Translations under genes and position numbers: made by a program
Assembly (NCBI RefSeq): GCF_018350175.1
Contig: NC_058383.1
Coordinates: 30,630,001 to 30,694,000 of the forward strand
Direction: 5' to 3'
DNA from: Felis catus
Taxonomy: Eukaryota
DNA length: 64,000 nucleotides
The notes under the pieces: model-generated
What the model was told of the DNA's origin: nothing
Seen by the model: only the letters and a program-made list of their open reading frames with translations
Database searches by the model: none
Shown: piece after piece, positions 23,857 to 38,197 of the stretch
How positions within the stretch are numbered: the stretch's first letter is position 1
How the letters are laid out: every line of letters starts with the position of its first letter

Positions 23857-25375
23857 TGAGAAAGAGAACTCTAGTCAGACTTACTTAGGTAAGAAAAGTG
23901 GCTGTGTGTGTGGGGGGGGGGAGGGGTTTGGGACTCAGAACGATTTCACCGAGTGGGGGAACAGGAGTGCATTGAGACCTGGGGACAGGCCTGTGGGCAC
24001 AGAGACGGAAAGGGTGGTGGTCACTGACTTCTGCCTTTCTTGGGTCCCCATGGCCTCCTCTGCTTCATGCATCCCCCCTCTGATGACCAGCTTTCTTGGT
24101 GATCCCTGCCCTCCGCCTTCACGTGGTCTCCTAGCCCCTCTCCTCGGTGAGATGGGTAGATGTCAAAAGGTCCGATTTCACACTCCCAGAAGGGAGCATG
24201 CGATTGGCTCAGGTGGAGTCAGGTGTCTCTGAGACTGACCAGCCACTGGCAGAGGCTCCGGGTCGCACAGTACAAACATGGCTGCTGGCGCTCGTCCTTA
24301 TCGTTGTGTGCGGGCTGGGGGCAGGAATCTTCTAGATAGATCTCTCCCCGAGGAGACAAGAGGGTTATTTGGATGGATGCAAGCAACAGAAACCAGTGGC
24401 CGCTTTAAGGGGAGAGATGGGTTCATTGAAAAGATTAGAGGTGGTTCAGAGGAGTGAAGGAGAAGCCAAAAAAACAGGCATCTGGAAAGCAGAGGGCCCC
24501 CACTGGCTCCGGGGGGTTGGGAAGCAGAGGTTAATGCAACATCTTCCCACAGCCCTGCTGGCCAGGTGCATCTGCTGCTGCCACACTTCATCCTCGTGTC
24601 ACTCCACCCACGAATCCGTGCCAGGGAGTGGGGGGTCTGATTGGCCCAGGTGACGTCCACGCCCATGCCTCGGCCAGGAGGGGCACATGGTCCTAAGTGA
24701 CGGTCCCGGTGGAGTCCGAACAACTGGCAAAGGTAGTTCTGCAAATCACAATGGTAGTGTAGTTGCTAGAAAGAGGAGAATTGAATGCAGGGCAGGCAGA
24801 ATCCAGAGGGTCTACCACAGAGGGGGCCCTTCAGAAACAGGATACAGACACAGGAAGGCCCTGAGGACGGTCAGGAGGCGTGCAAAGACCCACTTGGCTG
24901 GGTCGGAAGGGAGGGGTGGGGGTGGGGAATGTGCACGAACTTCGTCCGCCTCTCCCAGGCAGTGAGAGCAGCTCTGCCTCCTGGAACCGTTCCCCCACCG
25001 ACCAGAGTGAAGTCAGGGAGTCTGGCGGCTCGGGGAAGACGCTTCGAAGCCACGGCTGGGTACTGACTGGCGCATCTGAGATTCATCGTTGTGGTTTTTG
25101 TTGCTTCCGCTCTCCCTGCCCGTGCCCGCCGAGCTCACCGTGGCTGCCAGCCCAGGGCCCGTGTGCACACGTGGGCTGGAGAGCCGCCCTCCTCTGGGCT
25201 GACTCGGTGCATTGGCGGAAAGCAGAGGCATCGAAGGGGGTGGAAAGCGCCGAACGAGACCGAAAGAAAAGCCGTCCTGCATACAGGGACAGGTCTCCGT
25301 AGATAATTCCCACCATGTCCAGATGTTTTCCTTTGTTTGTGCTTAAGTCTAGTGGAATTTTTGAAAGCCCTGGTG

Positions 25376-25578
25376 TGTATTAATCTGCTCAGGCCGCTGC
25401 AACACATCACCACAGCCTGGGGGGCTTTCGCAACACATATTTATTTCTCACGGGAAGTCCAACATCGAAGTGCGGGCGGATCTGGTATGTGAGGGGCACT
25501 TCCTGGTGCGCAACAGGGCCTTCTTCTCGCCGTGTCCTCACGTGGTGCAGAGCAGAGAGAGGAAGCAAGCTGCCTCGT
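25376..25578. mobile_element. MLT1A-like LTR fragment
   Basis: tgtattaatctgctcaggccgctgcaaca...atttatttctcac...gtgtcctcacgtggtgcagagc. Confidence 0.7.
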
Positions 25579-26395
25579 ACAGCTGAAGGGCGAGAGGGTT
25601 TGGAGTTGCAGTTGCCACACAGGCGGAATTACGTATACGTGTATAATTTTTCATACCATTACGTACAGTCTCACTCACCCATTCGTTTACCTGCCAGTCT
25701 AAGCCTCGAGTAACCCGTTTTCAGAGTTTAGTAGTAATTTGATGTACTCGATACTGACAAAATTGACTTCTCCCCACTTATCTGAACCCAATTGTGGTTG
25801 AACGGAAGGCAGTCAGGGAGAATCCAGCAAGAGCTGTCAGGACTGAGCTGGGCTTGGCCGCGTGTGTGGCGGGCTGATCGGTGACAGGAGAGTTTCTCCT
25901 CGAGCACGGCAGCCCCATCGAACCCGAGCAGCGATGCTCGTCTGTGTTGTACCCTGACGTCAGGTGGGTCCTCTAAGACCTGCAGGACGCTCCTCACCAA
26001 ACTCCAGCTCCAGCCCATGACGCTCCTTTACTAGGGTTTTCTTAGCGAACAAGCCTTTTCAGGAAACTTGAACCTCTGCGGTACTCCTGTGCTCCTGCTG
26101 TGTTCGAGCTCCTCTACTGGAACCAGTGGTTTATGAGAAGCCTTTATCTTCAGGGCAGAGCTGTGGAGCGCGAAACACTCAGTCAGACCTTGGATTCTGG
26201 CCCCGCGGTCTACCAGCTTGGTGACCCTAGGAAGCTTCCTTTTGATTTCCGATTCGGTATTCTTTGTTGAGTTGCCTCAAAAGGCATTTCTCATTATCAG
26301 CGAGTCTTCAGACCCTTCTGAGGATTAGGTATTGGGCTCCACGTTTTTAAAGTTTGGGATGTTTCAACATTTAAACAACAGCAACAAAAAAACCA

Positions 26396-26648
26396 GGGGC
26401 GCCTCGGTGGCTTATTTCAGTTAAGCATCCAACTTTGGCTCAGGTCATGATCTCACAGTTTGTGGGTGTGAGCCCCGTGTCGGGCTCTGCACTGACAGCT
26501 TAGAGCCTGGAGCCTGGTTTGGGTTTTGTATCTCCCTCTCTTCCCCTCCCATGCTTGCACTCTGTCTCTTTCTCTCTTTCTCTGTCTCAAAACATAAATA
26601 ATAAACATTAAAAAATAATAAAAAATAAATAAAAATTTAAAAAAAGAA
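26396..26648 (+). mobile_element. Can-SINE
   Basis: ggggcgcctcggtggct...(CT)-rich segment and long A-rich tail. Confidence 0.9.
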
Positions 26649-26848
26649 AGTAAGCATTCCTTACCCTGAAGTCATTGAGATATTCTACTGTATTTTATTC
26701 AGAAAGCTTAAAAAGGTCCTTATATTTTGGTGTTTGTTTTACTTCATGTGGAATTGACTTGAGTGCGTTGTTGGAATAGGGATCCAATTTTATTTTATTT
26801 TTTTCCTACTTGTGATTGCCACTTGCCCTGCCCCATTTAATGATTATC

Positions 26849-27381
26849 TATGCAGACAAGAGTTAGCATGGCAGGTCTGAGACTCCCTTAGAAAGGCCCG
26901 TCCACACAGTTGGCTGGCATCTGGGAACCTGGATTTCAGGGGGAGGTTCCCACCATTCCCAGAACTGACGAGGACCTCACTGTGCCTGAATTGTACAGAC
27001 CATGTGGTTTATGTGGAATATCCCCTTCTGTTCTGTGAGTCCGGAATGTTGTGTGTGCTAGGCAGAGGCTGTCTACGTGATCAGCCTCCAATGAAATACC
27101 TGACATGGGGTCTCTAAGGCATTTCCTTGATAGACATCATGTCATACGTGTTGTCACAGCTCATTTGTGGAAGAGTTGAGTGCGTCCTCTGTGCCTTCCC
27201 TGGGAGAGGACTCTTGGAAGCTGGTGCCTGATTTTCTGCATCCTTTCCCCATCTGCTGATTTGCTCTGTATCCTTTGCTGTGATAAATCACAGCCATGAG
27301 CATGACTGTGTACAGAGTTCTGTCCCGTGAGCCCTCATAGAGTTATCAAACCTGGGGCCGGTCATGGGGAACCCCAACATG
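26849..27381 (+). mobile_element. MER68-like ERVL solo LTR
   Basis: tatgcagacaagagttagcatggcaggtctgagact..ttagaaaggcc..ctgggagaggactcttggaagct..aaacctgggg..ggggaaccccaaca matches the recalled MER68 consensus along its length. Confidence 0.75.
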
Positions 27382-27835
27382 GTTTCCCTGACAATATTAC
27401 AATAATTCTGAGAAGGAGCTATTGGGCAGTGTTCTTAACTACTCTTGAACATGAGTTTCTCTATCTAAGCATCTAAGGCCCCTTCCCTGGCTTCAGGTGT
27501 TTTATACAATTCCTGGCACATACCCTGTGCCACTCAATAAGTGATAATTAATAGCCCTAAGAAAGGAACAGGTAAAGTGCTATGGTAGTTTGGAGGAAGG
27601 TGTTAAATATTCAGCAGTAAATCTTTCAGGGGGGTATATTTTATGTGTTTTCAATTAGTGAAATAAGTTATGACTGCCGGCCTTAAATAGATATGGGAAA
27701 AAATGTTTTATCATCTTGGAATATTTATAATTCCTTTATTTTCTTCAGTTAAGAATTTTCTCCCTTCCTAATCATGTCTGAGAATTTAAAATCCCAAGAT
27801 CATTTAACATGCTTGACTTGCCTACGTCTTTGTCA

Positions 27836-28220
27836 TGCTGTGGCTGGATGTTTGTGTCCTCTGCATAACTTATATTTTGAATTTTGGTCATGAATGAGTT
27901 TTAAATTTTGAAAGTGAATTTTGAAGTCCTAACCCCCACTGGAATGGTATTAGGAGGTGGGGCCTTTGGGAAGTGGTTAGATCCCGTTTGGGAAGCCAGT
28001 GGGATTAGCACTTTATAAAAGGGATCCCAGAGAGTTCCCTGGCCCCTCTCACCACCATGCAGGGCCATCTGTGACCCAAAGGAGGGCCTCACCAGAACCC
28101 GGCTGTGCCGGCACCCTGGTCTTACACTTCCATTCTCCAGAACTCTGAGGAGTAAATTTCTGTCGTGTCTAAGTCACCCGACTAGGACCCTTTTGTTAGC
28201 GCGGCCCGAAATGAGGCATG
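27836..28220 (+). mobile_element. MLT1A/B-like LTR
   Basis: gaagtcctaacccccac..ggtattaggaggtggggcctttgggaagtg..ctccagaactctgag..aaatttctg. Confidence 0.75.
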
Positions 28221-29202
28221 TCACTGTGTGATTTCTAACCTAGCAAGCCACCTGTTCAGCCATTTGCTTTTATGGACAGTATGTTTCTTTAGGCAGAAGT
28301 TTGTGATGGGTGCAGTGATTGCACGTTTTGTAATGTTTTAAAAGACTTGTCTACAGTATAAAGTATTTTTTTCCTGCAGGTATTATCACCTGTATGTATT
28401 TCTCTATTCCTGTGTTTCTAAGACTGTCTCTGTTTTGTCATGTCTTACATACTGCTGACTTTCATTGACCGTAGATACAACGAAAGCACACATACAGCGA
28501 TCAGCATTACACGCTAGAAGTTGTAAGCCGTGGCACGGTTAACCGAACCCTTCCATAGACTCCCAGCCATTGTCTTATCTGTCCATTCAGTGTTTTTTGT
28601 TCCATAGAAATTCACATGCCTGACCAGCTTTGCGGTAGTGAATTTTTCTAGTGGCTTGTGCAAACAGATCGATAGTGGCTGACTAACTTTTCCCCCTAAC
28701 GAGGGGAAGCAGATAATCATGCCCAGTTGAAAAACTGCTCTAAATTGAGCTTCTTGTGTTCAACCTTACCCACAGCGAGTGGAGGTCCCTTTACCACTCG
28801 TAATGATTGCCGTCTCTCTCCGTTCCCGCACGCTTCTCCGCAGCTCTCCATAAGCAGGTCTGTCTCGATTCACTTATTCTACAAAAAAAGACACCCTAAG
28901 GGGATTTATTTTTTTCTGCTCATTTTTTGGATATAAAACTAACGGAAAGTCTCTGGTGTCATCCATGGGGCAGAACAGTTCTTCCTGATGATTTACCCTG
29001 TCTGCTGTGCTGCCCACTTTATTGTTAAGTGTCATCCAGCCAGTTGTGCTTTGTCATGATGGGGTCCCCGTACATTCCTGTGTCAGGCAGTTTTCCCAGT
29101 TTAGAAACGGGAATGTTACTGGGTACCATGCTGGCATTTTACACCAACAAAATCAACTTATCAAGCATGTTAAATCGATGTGGACCCTTAGCCATTTCTC
29201 TC

Positions 29203-29405
29203 TTTTTTTTTAAATCATTTATTTTTGAGAGAGAGAGAGCGTGCAAGCAGGGGAGGGGCAGAGAGAGAGGGAGGCAGAATCCGAGGCAGGCTCCAGGCTC
29301 CACACTGTCGGCGCAGAATCTGACGCGGGGCTTGAACCCACAAGCTGTGAGATCATGACCTGAGCCGCAGTCGGATGCTCAACCGAATGAGCCACCCAGG
29401 CGCCC
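29203..29405 (-). mobile_element. Can-SINE
   Basis: SINE body; approximate TSD agcc(a/t)tttctct. Confidence 0.9.
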
Positions 29406-30520
29406 AGCCTTTTCTCTTTTGCTATCAGGGACATCACTCAGGAAAGTGTTCGGCTGCAGGAAACAGCCACCCAGGTGTAGGCAGCATAAACAAACAGTTC
29501 TGCAGTCCAGCAGCCTAGCAGGGCCCTCGGCATCGCAGGTCCCATCATCCTTAGTATGCTGGCTTCCATTTTCCGGCTTGTTTCCTGTGGTCTCAAATTG
29601 GCTGCATTGGCCACATAGGGTTCGGCTCCTACCAGGAAAGCAAATGCTGCCCTAGGACGGCACCCTCTGGGCACACCTCCACCCCCACCCGGCCCCCATC
29701 CCCTCAGTCAGATCAGGGCCACATGGCCATTGCTGGACCCCAGGGAATCTTAGAAAACGGGAACGGGGAAGAAGAAAGTGCTTATTGGCATGGGCCAATT
29801 AGAGTCCTTTGCCGGGGGCACAGCGCAGGGCTGCCCTGAAGAAGATTAGGTTTCTGTGGGCAAGGGAGACGGGAGAAAGGGTTCTGTGTCTACAGTATGC
29901 CACAGGTACGTATTTTCAGTCTCTTTCTCTCATATGCGACACCACGCCCACAGGTGGCTGTCAGAAAACCATCAAAATTCAGTCTGAACGTGTCCCCTCT
30001 TTGCCAGACTCACTCACCTCGCTTCCCCTTGCTTGTAGGGGGGAAACTCTATCTACTTAAAAGAAATACAAGGTCCACAGAGGCCTGGCCCTCCCCACCT
30101 CCCATGGCCTCATCTTGCGCTGTACTTGTCTGTGCTCTCTGCACCAGCCCACTGTCCTATTTAACATCCGCACGCTTTGCACTTCATTTCCTGCCATGGG
30201 GCTGTGTGTCTGCTGTTCACTCTGCTGAGAATCCTCTCCTTCAGTCCCCTTCACCCCTGCCCTTCTCCACTGGCTCAAAATCTGTTATCTACAGAGGACA
30301 GAGTTTCACATACCCCCTTCTTCATAACACTGATAATACATTCTAATGTTGCCTTTGTGTGTGAGTCCCCTTTATTGTCCTTATCATTAGTAGATGGTAA
30401 GCTTCCTGAGAGCAGGGACCAGACATGATCACACTGATTCTTTAAGAATTCTTTTGGCTGCAGGTTTTAAGAAAAAGTGGTTTAAAGTAAGGCTTATTTT
30501 TTCCTACACAGTAACAAGTT

Positions 30521-30724
30521 TGGGGCTCCTGGGTGACTCAGTTGGTTAAGTGTTTGACGTTGGCTCAGGTCATGTTCTCACAGCACGTGAGTTCAAGCCC
30601 CACGTCAGGCTCTGTGCTGACAGCTCAGAGCTTGGAGCCTGCTTCTGATCTGTGTCTCCCTCTCTCTCTGCTCCTCCTCTGCTCATGCCCTCTCTCTCAA
30701 AAAAATGTTTAAAAAAATTAAAAA
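30521..30724 (+). mobile_element. Can-SINE within an MLT1-like LTR (about 30445-31090)
   Basis: TSD taacaagt on both sides. The host has gcgagatggctgctgcagcccagccatc and ends agtctacc. Confidence 0.85.
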
Positions 30725-31254
30725 TAACAAGTCTAAAAGTAGGCAGCTGCTGGTATGAAGTTGCTTAACACTGTCACAATCAGTGTCTTGGCCATGTTCT
30801 TGTGACTTTCCTCATGGTTGCGAGATGGCTGCTGCAGCCCAGCCATCCCCTCCATGTTTAAGAGAAGAAGGAAGGTAGGGAGGCAGTACCACCGACCCTT
30901 GACCCTGTCATCAAGAAAGCAAAAGTTTCCTGGGATCCCCCCAGCCACTTTATTCTTGTGTCATTTTGTCACTTTGCCGCTTCTAGCTAGAAAGGAGCCC
31001 GGAAACCATGTGTATAGCTTCTCTAACCTCTGTACTGGAGGCAAACGAGAGAAAAAGGGGAGAAAAATGGGAGTTAAGTCAACGCACCAGTAGCAGTCTA
31101 CCCCACCTGCCAACCCAGCATGTATCTGCACAAGTATTTTGGTATTAATGGACAAGCAGGAGACTCTTGCCGTGATTATGTTTTCATTCATTCATCCCTT
31201 GTCCAGTGTGGGCCAGTGTCCATCCTCATATCCTACACACCCATTTTCTTATTC

Positions 31255-31385
31255 TCATGACCGTTCTGGTGAGGCAGACATTGTTATCCTTATTTTGTGA
31301 TTGGAAATGGAATCTCAGAAAGAATGAACGACTTGCCTAAGGTTATGCAGCCCAGTAAGGGGCAGAACTAAGACTCAGACCCCAC
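31255..31385. mobile_element. MIR
   Basis: ttatccttattttgtgattggaaatggaatctcagaaagaatgaacgacttgcctaaggttatgcag. Confidence 0.65.
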
Positions 31386-34274
31386 CCCACCCCGCCCCCC
31401 GCCCCCAGAGCCCTCTCCCTTCCACAGTGAGGCACTGCTTCCTGCACTGATTACAGCCCATCTCTTTCTCTGACCTTTTCCTACTGGGGAGGGGAAGGGG
31501 GCGGGCCCAGTGACTTTTAGCCTGCCACCGCTCAGCTGCTCCATGAAGCATGTATTGGCAAAAACAGTTTGCTAACAATATTGCAACAGTAATTTGGGGT
31601 GATTTTATCTTTGGGGTCTAATAAGGTGACTTTCATTCTCTGAGCGGGTTGGTAATTTTTTGCACGGGGGCCTTGGATGGGAGCCTGCTTAATAAGCATT
31701 TAGCCAGCAGTTAGTGCATACTGTTGGATTCTAAATCATTTGTATAATCTTCTGCTGTTTAAGTAGGTAAGATACTTTGCCCTTTATTATTCCTGAAAAT
31801 CCCAGCACTCTTATTTCAGAATAAAGAAACAGTCATCATCTATATTCAGGTCCTCAGCTTCTACGCCTTTATGAACTAAAATATTCGGACACATTTCATC
31901 CCCCCAACATGCTTTTTAATAGTGTGTGTGGCTTTTTTGTGTGATTGTAAAAGTAATAGATGCTCAATTGAGAGAAATTAGGGAAGAAGAATAATGAGAA
32001 ACATTACTCATAATTTTATACCACCCAGAGGCAATAACTATTAACATTTTTGGCATATTTCCTTCCTAATCTTTAAAAAAAGAATTTGTTTTTTGCATAG
32101 CCGAGTTCACACATTATTTGCAGTGTTCTGTGCCGCGAGTTTTCACGTAACGTAAATAAGCCTCTCTGTTATTACAAGCATCATGGTGAATGGCTGCATA
32201 ATGTCCCTTCATTAACCGCACACCATCTTTCGTATCTTTTAAACAGGCGCCGAAGTGAGACAAGGATAGGGCCCCTTAAGTAAAAAGATTTTCAATATTA
32301 TTTCACACGCCTTACGACAGAGACATCTTCTAGATAGACATGCTTCAGGATCTGTCTCTGAATTTTAAGAAGATTGCGTAAATGTGTTCTGTGGCGTCCC
32401 ATACCAAAGTGTCTTCCCCTTTTTGTTGATCTCCCCTTGACTCCAGCCGTGTTTGTTCTCTTTCTAAATGTCCAGTGTCTTCCTCATCTTATGGCTCACG
32501 TGATTGGTTCCTGTCTCCCCGGTCCATCGTGTGTGCCTTGATTTCCTCCTGCCCAGCAGACACTAGGGTGCTAACCTCAAGTGCAGATTTATCAAGACAA
32601 CGGTGTGGAAGTCATGTCTTCTGTTTAGCCCCCACATTCCTCCTCTTGCCCTCCCAGCCCTCTGTCCACACGGCCTCCATCCACATGGAGTGACTCATGC
32701 ACACCTGAACCGGGGCCCCTGAGACACGGGGCGCCAAGCTGACTTCCCAGCAACTGTGACGCATGTCTGTGGGCGCTGGGGGGAGGGAGGGGTTACTGGG
32801 ATTTCTTCCATGGCCGGGTCTAGCACTCAAGTTTATTTGGAGACAGGCCTTGCGTTTCAAGGCCTGAAAAATAATTTATTCTACTCTATCAAGTAATGTA
32901 TGCCACAAATGGGATAACCCATCAGAGCAGCGATCCTTTTTAATTTTTAGAAAAAAAAATTATTTCGCGTGTTTCCTTCAAAAGACATCATTTCCTCTAA
33001 AGTCAAATGCGTCATTTAAGGAGTCATTTGCAGGCCATAGCCAATTCTGTGTTATAAAGAAGACTAAAGAACTGATACCCTGTGTTCTTCCAGTCCCAAG
33101 CCCTTGCCTTTGACCTTTCATTTTCTTCCTCCATACGTGTATGAAGCTGCATGTGATTGCGTCGTTACTGTTAAAAAGCCTGCAGTGCTTGTAGAGTTTG
33201 CAAATGGCTGTTCCCAGCACAGAAGTCGTTGCTGCCTTACAGAGACTCTAGCCTAATGGTTTCTCTGCAGATAACTTGCCTGTCCGAGGACAGAAAGCCT
33301 GTGAGTCTTAGAACGGCTTTGTGCATGGGCGTCCGGTCCGAAGGCCCATGGCTAATGAAACATCGGCAGGAACTTCAGGATCCCTCTGTATTTCTCTCTG
33401 TCGCGCCTTGAGGTGTGAGGATGCCCAGGCTTCTCGACACTGGTCTCTTAGAGCACGGTGCGATTACCAGTCAGCCTTGTGTTCCTCTCTTGTGTGGAGG
33501 AGGTCGTGGGTCTGGGGACAAAGGGGCTGCAGAGGGCCATGTGGCAGTGAGCCTGGTCTGCGGCTGTTGTGACTGAGAGCGAGCACAGCCTTTGCCTTGC
33601 ACATTCCTCTACCCCTGCTTTTAATTCTACATCTTGCTCTTAATAGAAAATTACTTATAAAGGAAGGCTGCCCTTCCTTATCCGTGGCTTAAAGAACCAG
33701 CCCCCAACCAGCGCCCTCCTTTGTTGGTGGATGTTTGTATCGTGTCATGGCTGTCGTGGTGTGGGCCTTGGATTGCTAACACTTTCTAAAGGAAGAATCA
33801 TGCAGATCCTGCTACATCTGCCAACGGGCCTTCTACCTGCCTCAGAATGGTGAGCGTCAGTCCCTCTTTTGTCATGATGACTTTTCCGCGGTAGAACAAG
33901 ATGCCGGCAACTTTTATATTTTGAAAGATGAGCAGATCCTTCAGTCTTGCGGCAGATGCCCCCTGGTACTAAGGGTGACCACCACGAAGACAGAGCGGGC
34001 GTTCCTGCCAGCCGTCCCCTTCTGCTGTTCCATATCTGGCCACTGTTCTGGTGGCCTGGAGCCCCTTTGCTGCACAGCTCCACTGTCCCTTTTCTTCTCA
34101 GGGCTCCGCTGGCCCCTCTGGCCCCTGCAGCCCTACATGGTTTGTAGAAGTCTTTGGTAAGGCCAGGGCAAACTCCCCAGACCCCGCCTGTTTACTTTTC
34201 CTTCTTCGAAAGAGTTGTGGGCAGTAAAAGCCTTGCAGCCAGTGAGGTTGTCTGAAACCTCGGTCCTGAACATG

Positions 34275-34875
34275 CCCATCCCTGCTCAAAACCCTTCAGG
34301 GCCTGCCCATTGCTCTTAGAATCCAGACAGGTCCCTGTGGTGGGCCACAGGCTCTGCTGGACCTGACCCTTCCTGCCACATCTCCTGTCACTTTCCCAGA
34401 GTGCTGTGGCCTCCGGCCATCCTGACTGTCGTTCGGTTCCTCAGTGGCCTGTGTCCCTTTGACATTCTGCTCTCACATATACTGTTCCTCTTCCTGGAAA
34501 CTGTTCCCTCTCCCTGCTCTCCCTTCTTCCCACATCCGAGCTCCTGCCTGTGCTCCAGGTACTTGCTATCCAGGCATGCTCAAGCCTTTGCTGGTGTGTC
34601 ACCTTTTCACTGAGACGGTCTCTGATTCTAAAATTGCAGCTCCTTCTATCCCTATCTGCTCTTTCCAGCACCTTCCTACTGTATTTTTCTCCACAGCGTT
34701 CAGTGCCATGTAGCATCCAACACACTGTACTTTACTAACTGTACTGAGGCTTTCTCCACCGGTGCGTAAGTTCCACGAGGACAGGGAGTTTTGTTTGCTT
34801 TGTTTTCATCTCAGCTCTTATAGTGCCCAGTACAGTGGCTGGTACACAGTTGGTGTTTAATAGGTATTTGTTAAG
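34275..34875 (+). mobile_element. L2 3' fragment
   Basis: ccctgctcaaaacccttca..gtaagttccacgaggacaggga..gtgcccagtacagtggctggtacacagttggtgtttaataggtatttgtt. Confidence 0.7.
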
Positions 34876-35494
34876 CCAGTGGGAAGACCACTAAGTCTAA
34901 GTCACTCCCCTGTTTTCTTTGGAGTCTTCTCTCTGGGTTAGAATTCATTTGCTTTTAAATACAATAGCTAGAAGTTTCCAGACACTGAGAGCTAAAATCT
35001 AAAGGCATTTAAACCTTCTCTCATCTGTGGATAGTGCTAAGCGGTATTTGGTTGTGCTGCACCCAGGTTTCAGATGATTGCTGGCATCGGGGTTGGCTTT
35101 CTGAAGGTCCGAGCCACCCTAGACCTAAGGGAGACCCGCCCCCGTATGCCCAGCTCACTGCGGCAAAGCCAGAACGTTGGCAGAGAGCTCAGTCAGGCTC
35201 CGGGGGCCCAGAGCGTTTTGTGTCTCAGATGGCAGGTGGTCTGACCATTTATACCTGCCCTGGGGCCAGAGTGACCACTTAAACCTGCCCTGGGACCAAA
35301 ACTCTGGCCCATAATGATACCCAGGCCTACCTGTCCTCCACCACCAGGGTTCCTCACCGGGGCACCTGTAGGGCTGTTGTAAGAACATTTCATCAGCACA
35401 TGTGCATAACTTCTGGGTAGGGAGAGACTTTCCACTGTGCCTTTGCCAACACACCACATTCTCTTCCTTTATTTTATTAAGGTAACTAAAATTT

Positions 35495-35590
35495 TTGGAG
35501 GGCTTGCTATGTGCCAGGCATTGTTCTAAGTGCTTTGCAAAGATGAACTCACTTAATCTTCGTAACAATCCTACAAAGCAGGCAGCATAA
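35495..35590. mobile_element. MIR fragment
   Basis: ctatgtgccaggcattgttctaagtgctttgc..ctcacttaatcttcgtaacaatcct. Confidence 0.65.
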
Positions 35591-36698
35591 TTATACATGT
35601 TGTTGCACCATGTGTAATTCATCTTTGGGAAAGGGGCACCTGGGTGTTGGTGCAAATTGCTTTATAGTCATAGCCTTATTTTATCTCTTTGCCCAAGGGA
35701 CGGAAAGGGAAAATTCATAATCATTCAGTAGAGTGCACCAGAGGGGCAGATTCTCAGGCCCTTGAAAAGGAGGTGCACCCAGGATCCTCCAGACTCCTGT
35801 GTACTTGTGACAGCAGTGACCCGAGTCTTCCCAGCTGACCCTCTGGACAGCATTCCCCACTTCCTCTCTGCCTGGTGGCAAGGCTCATGCCATTTCCTGT
35901 CCTGCCATCTTCCTACATTGCCTGGTGTCTGAAGTCGGTGCCAGGTGTGGGAGAGCAGTTGACATGAGGCAGGACAGAAGAGCCCTTTAGTCTGTGGCCC
36001 TGGCCAATCTCCGCTTTGAGGCTGGCACTTGCTTAGTGGTCTTCGTGGGGTTCACGCCATGGTTTGGGATCCCCTGTGTTCAGCCCCCACTCCCCTTCTC
36101 ATCTGCTCCGATGAGGGGTCTAGTGGGAAACCTATAGCCGCTCAGAAGAGTCGAGCTATATCTTAGACGTTTAAATATGTATGGGGACAGGAAAGTGATT
36201 TTTTTAATTACAAAAATTATAAGGTAATAGTTTATATAGGATATGGAATTACTGTTTTATGGTAACCCAAACAGCGTGATGATTTAAGGTCTTACTTCTT
36301 TGATTTGGTTTTCTATTTTTGCCAACATTATATAGGCATGTAGATTAATGAGTCAAGTTATTACACAGAGACTGTTCTGAGAAGGGGCAGCTCGTGACTC
36401 CTTACCTGGCCGTGGCTTCCTCCCTGCAGCAGCCGCCATCAGTGATTTCAGCTAATGATGTAGATAATCACTTCCATACTTCTGAATAACTTGCTTATAT
36501 TGCCATTTCTGGATCCACTCATTATTATTTGTTGAATCTACATTTTCATTAAATTTTGATTTTAGTTATATTGATATTTATAATAGTTCATCTTCGTATA
36601 CATTATCTTAAACATTATTCACAATCGAGCCATGTTCGTATGCCTTGAGTATTTTTCTGGTAGAGTATTTTTGTGGTTTTAAAATACAATGTCTTCAC

Positions 36699-36905
36699 GG
36701 GGCGCCTGAGTGACTCAGTCGGTTAAGCGTCTGACTTCGGCTCAGGTCATGATCTCGCGGTTTGTGAGTTCAAGTCCTGCTCTGTGCTGACAGCTCAGAG
36801 CCTGGAGCCTGCTTCAGATTCTGTGTTTCCCCCTCTCTATGTCCCTCCCATGCTCATGCTCTGTCTCTCTCTGTCTCTCAATAATAAATAAACGTTAAAA
36901 AAAGT
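36699..36905 (+). mobile_element. Can-SINE within old L1M sequence
   Basis: ggggcgcctgagtgactcagtcggttaag...aataaacgttaaaa. Confidence 0.9.
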
Positions 36906-37512
36906 TTTTTTAAATACAGCATCTTCATCTTGTAAATGTGCTAATTCAATCTCATTTTCTCCTTCCAAAAACATAAGTGCATAGATTTCCTGTCAATACA
37001 TTTAAAATTTTTGGGCATTCTGTCAGCTTTAGCTTCTTGAGCTTTGTCTAAGAGAAAGTTCTTTGTTTCCTGCCTGTTTACTCTAAGCCTGCTGACACCT
37101 ATTGTCTTGAGTTTTCCATCCCCATTTGAGGAACTGACTACCTTCACCTCTTTCCTGTTGGATCCTGTTTCTTTCCTTTTCAGATGGATGACATTCTCTT
37201 GTAGCTTCTGGAGAAGAATTTATATTGGAAACATCTTCATTCTAGCCTCACATTAGATTGAGATTGTGGTAGTTCAGCTGGGTATAGAATGTTAAGTAAG
37301 GAGTCATTTTTCTCTGAGAATTTCAAAGCTCATCTTCCTTGCCTTTGCCCATCCAGTATGGATTTTAAGAATATCAATTCCATTCTGATTCTTGATCCTT
37401 TATATGAAAGTGGAAACATGTAGGATCTTCCCTCTGTATTCAGGGTTCTGAAATAACAGTGTAATATACCATGGCATGAGTCTGCTTTATCTATTTACTT
37501 AAAGTCTATGAC

Positions 37513-37719
37513 GGGGGCGCCTGGGTGGCTCAGTCTGTTAAGCATCAGATTTTGGCTCAGGTCATGATCTTATGGGTTGTGAGTTCGAGCCCTTAGTTGG
37601 GCTTTGTGCTGACAGATCAGAGCCTAGAGCTTTTCGGATTCTTTGTCTCCCTCTCTGCCCCTCCCCCGCTCAGACTGTCTCTGTCTCTCTCTCAAAAAAT
37701 AAACATTAAAAAAAAATTT
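37513..37719 (+). mobile_element. Can-SINE with TSD, within an antisense old L1M (about 37150-38100)
   Basis: TSD aagtctatgac at 37502-37512 and 37720-37730. Confidence 0.92.
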
Positions 37720-38151
37720 AAGTCTATGACCTTCAGTTCTGAAATATTGTCGAATTATTTCAGTGATGATTTTCCCTCAGTGATTTTGTTCTCTATATTC
37801 TCTGGTACTCATGTGTTTTTTTTAGATGCTGAACTCCCTATACTGGCCCTCAGATACTGTCTCCTTTTTATCCTATTTCCTCGCTTATTCTACTTACTGA
37901 GATATTTCTTCAACTTTATCATTTAAGCCTTTTGCTGAGATTTTCATTTCTGCTACCATAATTTTAATTTTCAAGAGCTTTTTTGGTCATTACTTCTGTA
38001 ATTGTTTAATGGATGCTATATCTTCTTTTCCTTCCCTGAGAGTATTGATGATAGTATTTTTCCTTCTCCAAATAGTCCCTTTCCCCCCGTTTTGATTGTT
38101 TGGGTATGTCTTTCGTATTGGTTGTGTATAATGATCCCTGTTTGAGTACAT

Positions 38152-38154
<3 letters not shown>

Positions 38155-38196
<42 letters not shown>
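38155..38196. repeat. (CA)n microsatellite
   Basis: Perfect AC run of about 21 units. Confidence 0.95.
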
Positions 38197-38197
<1 letters not shown>
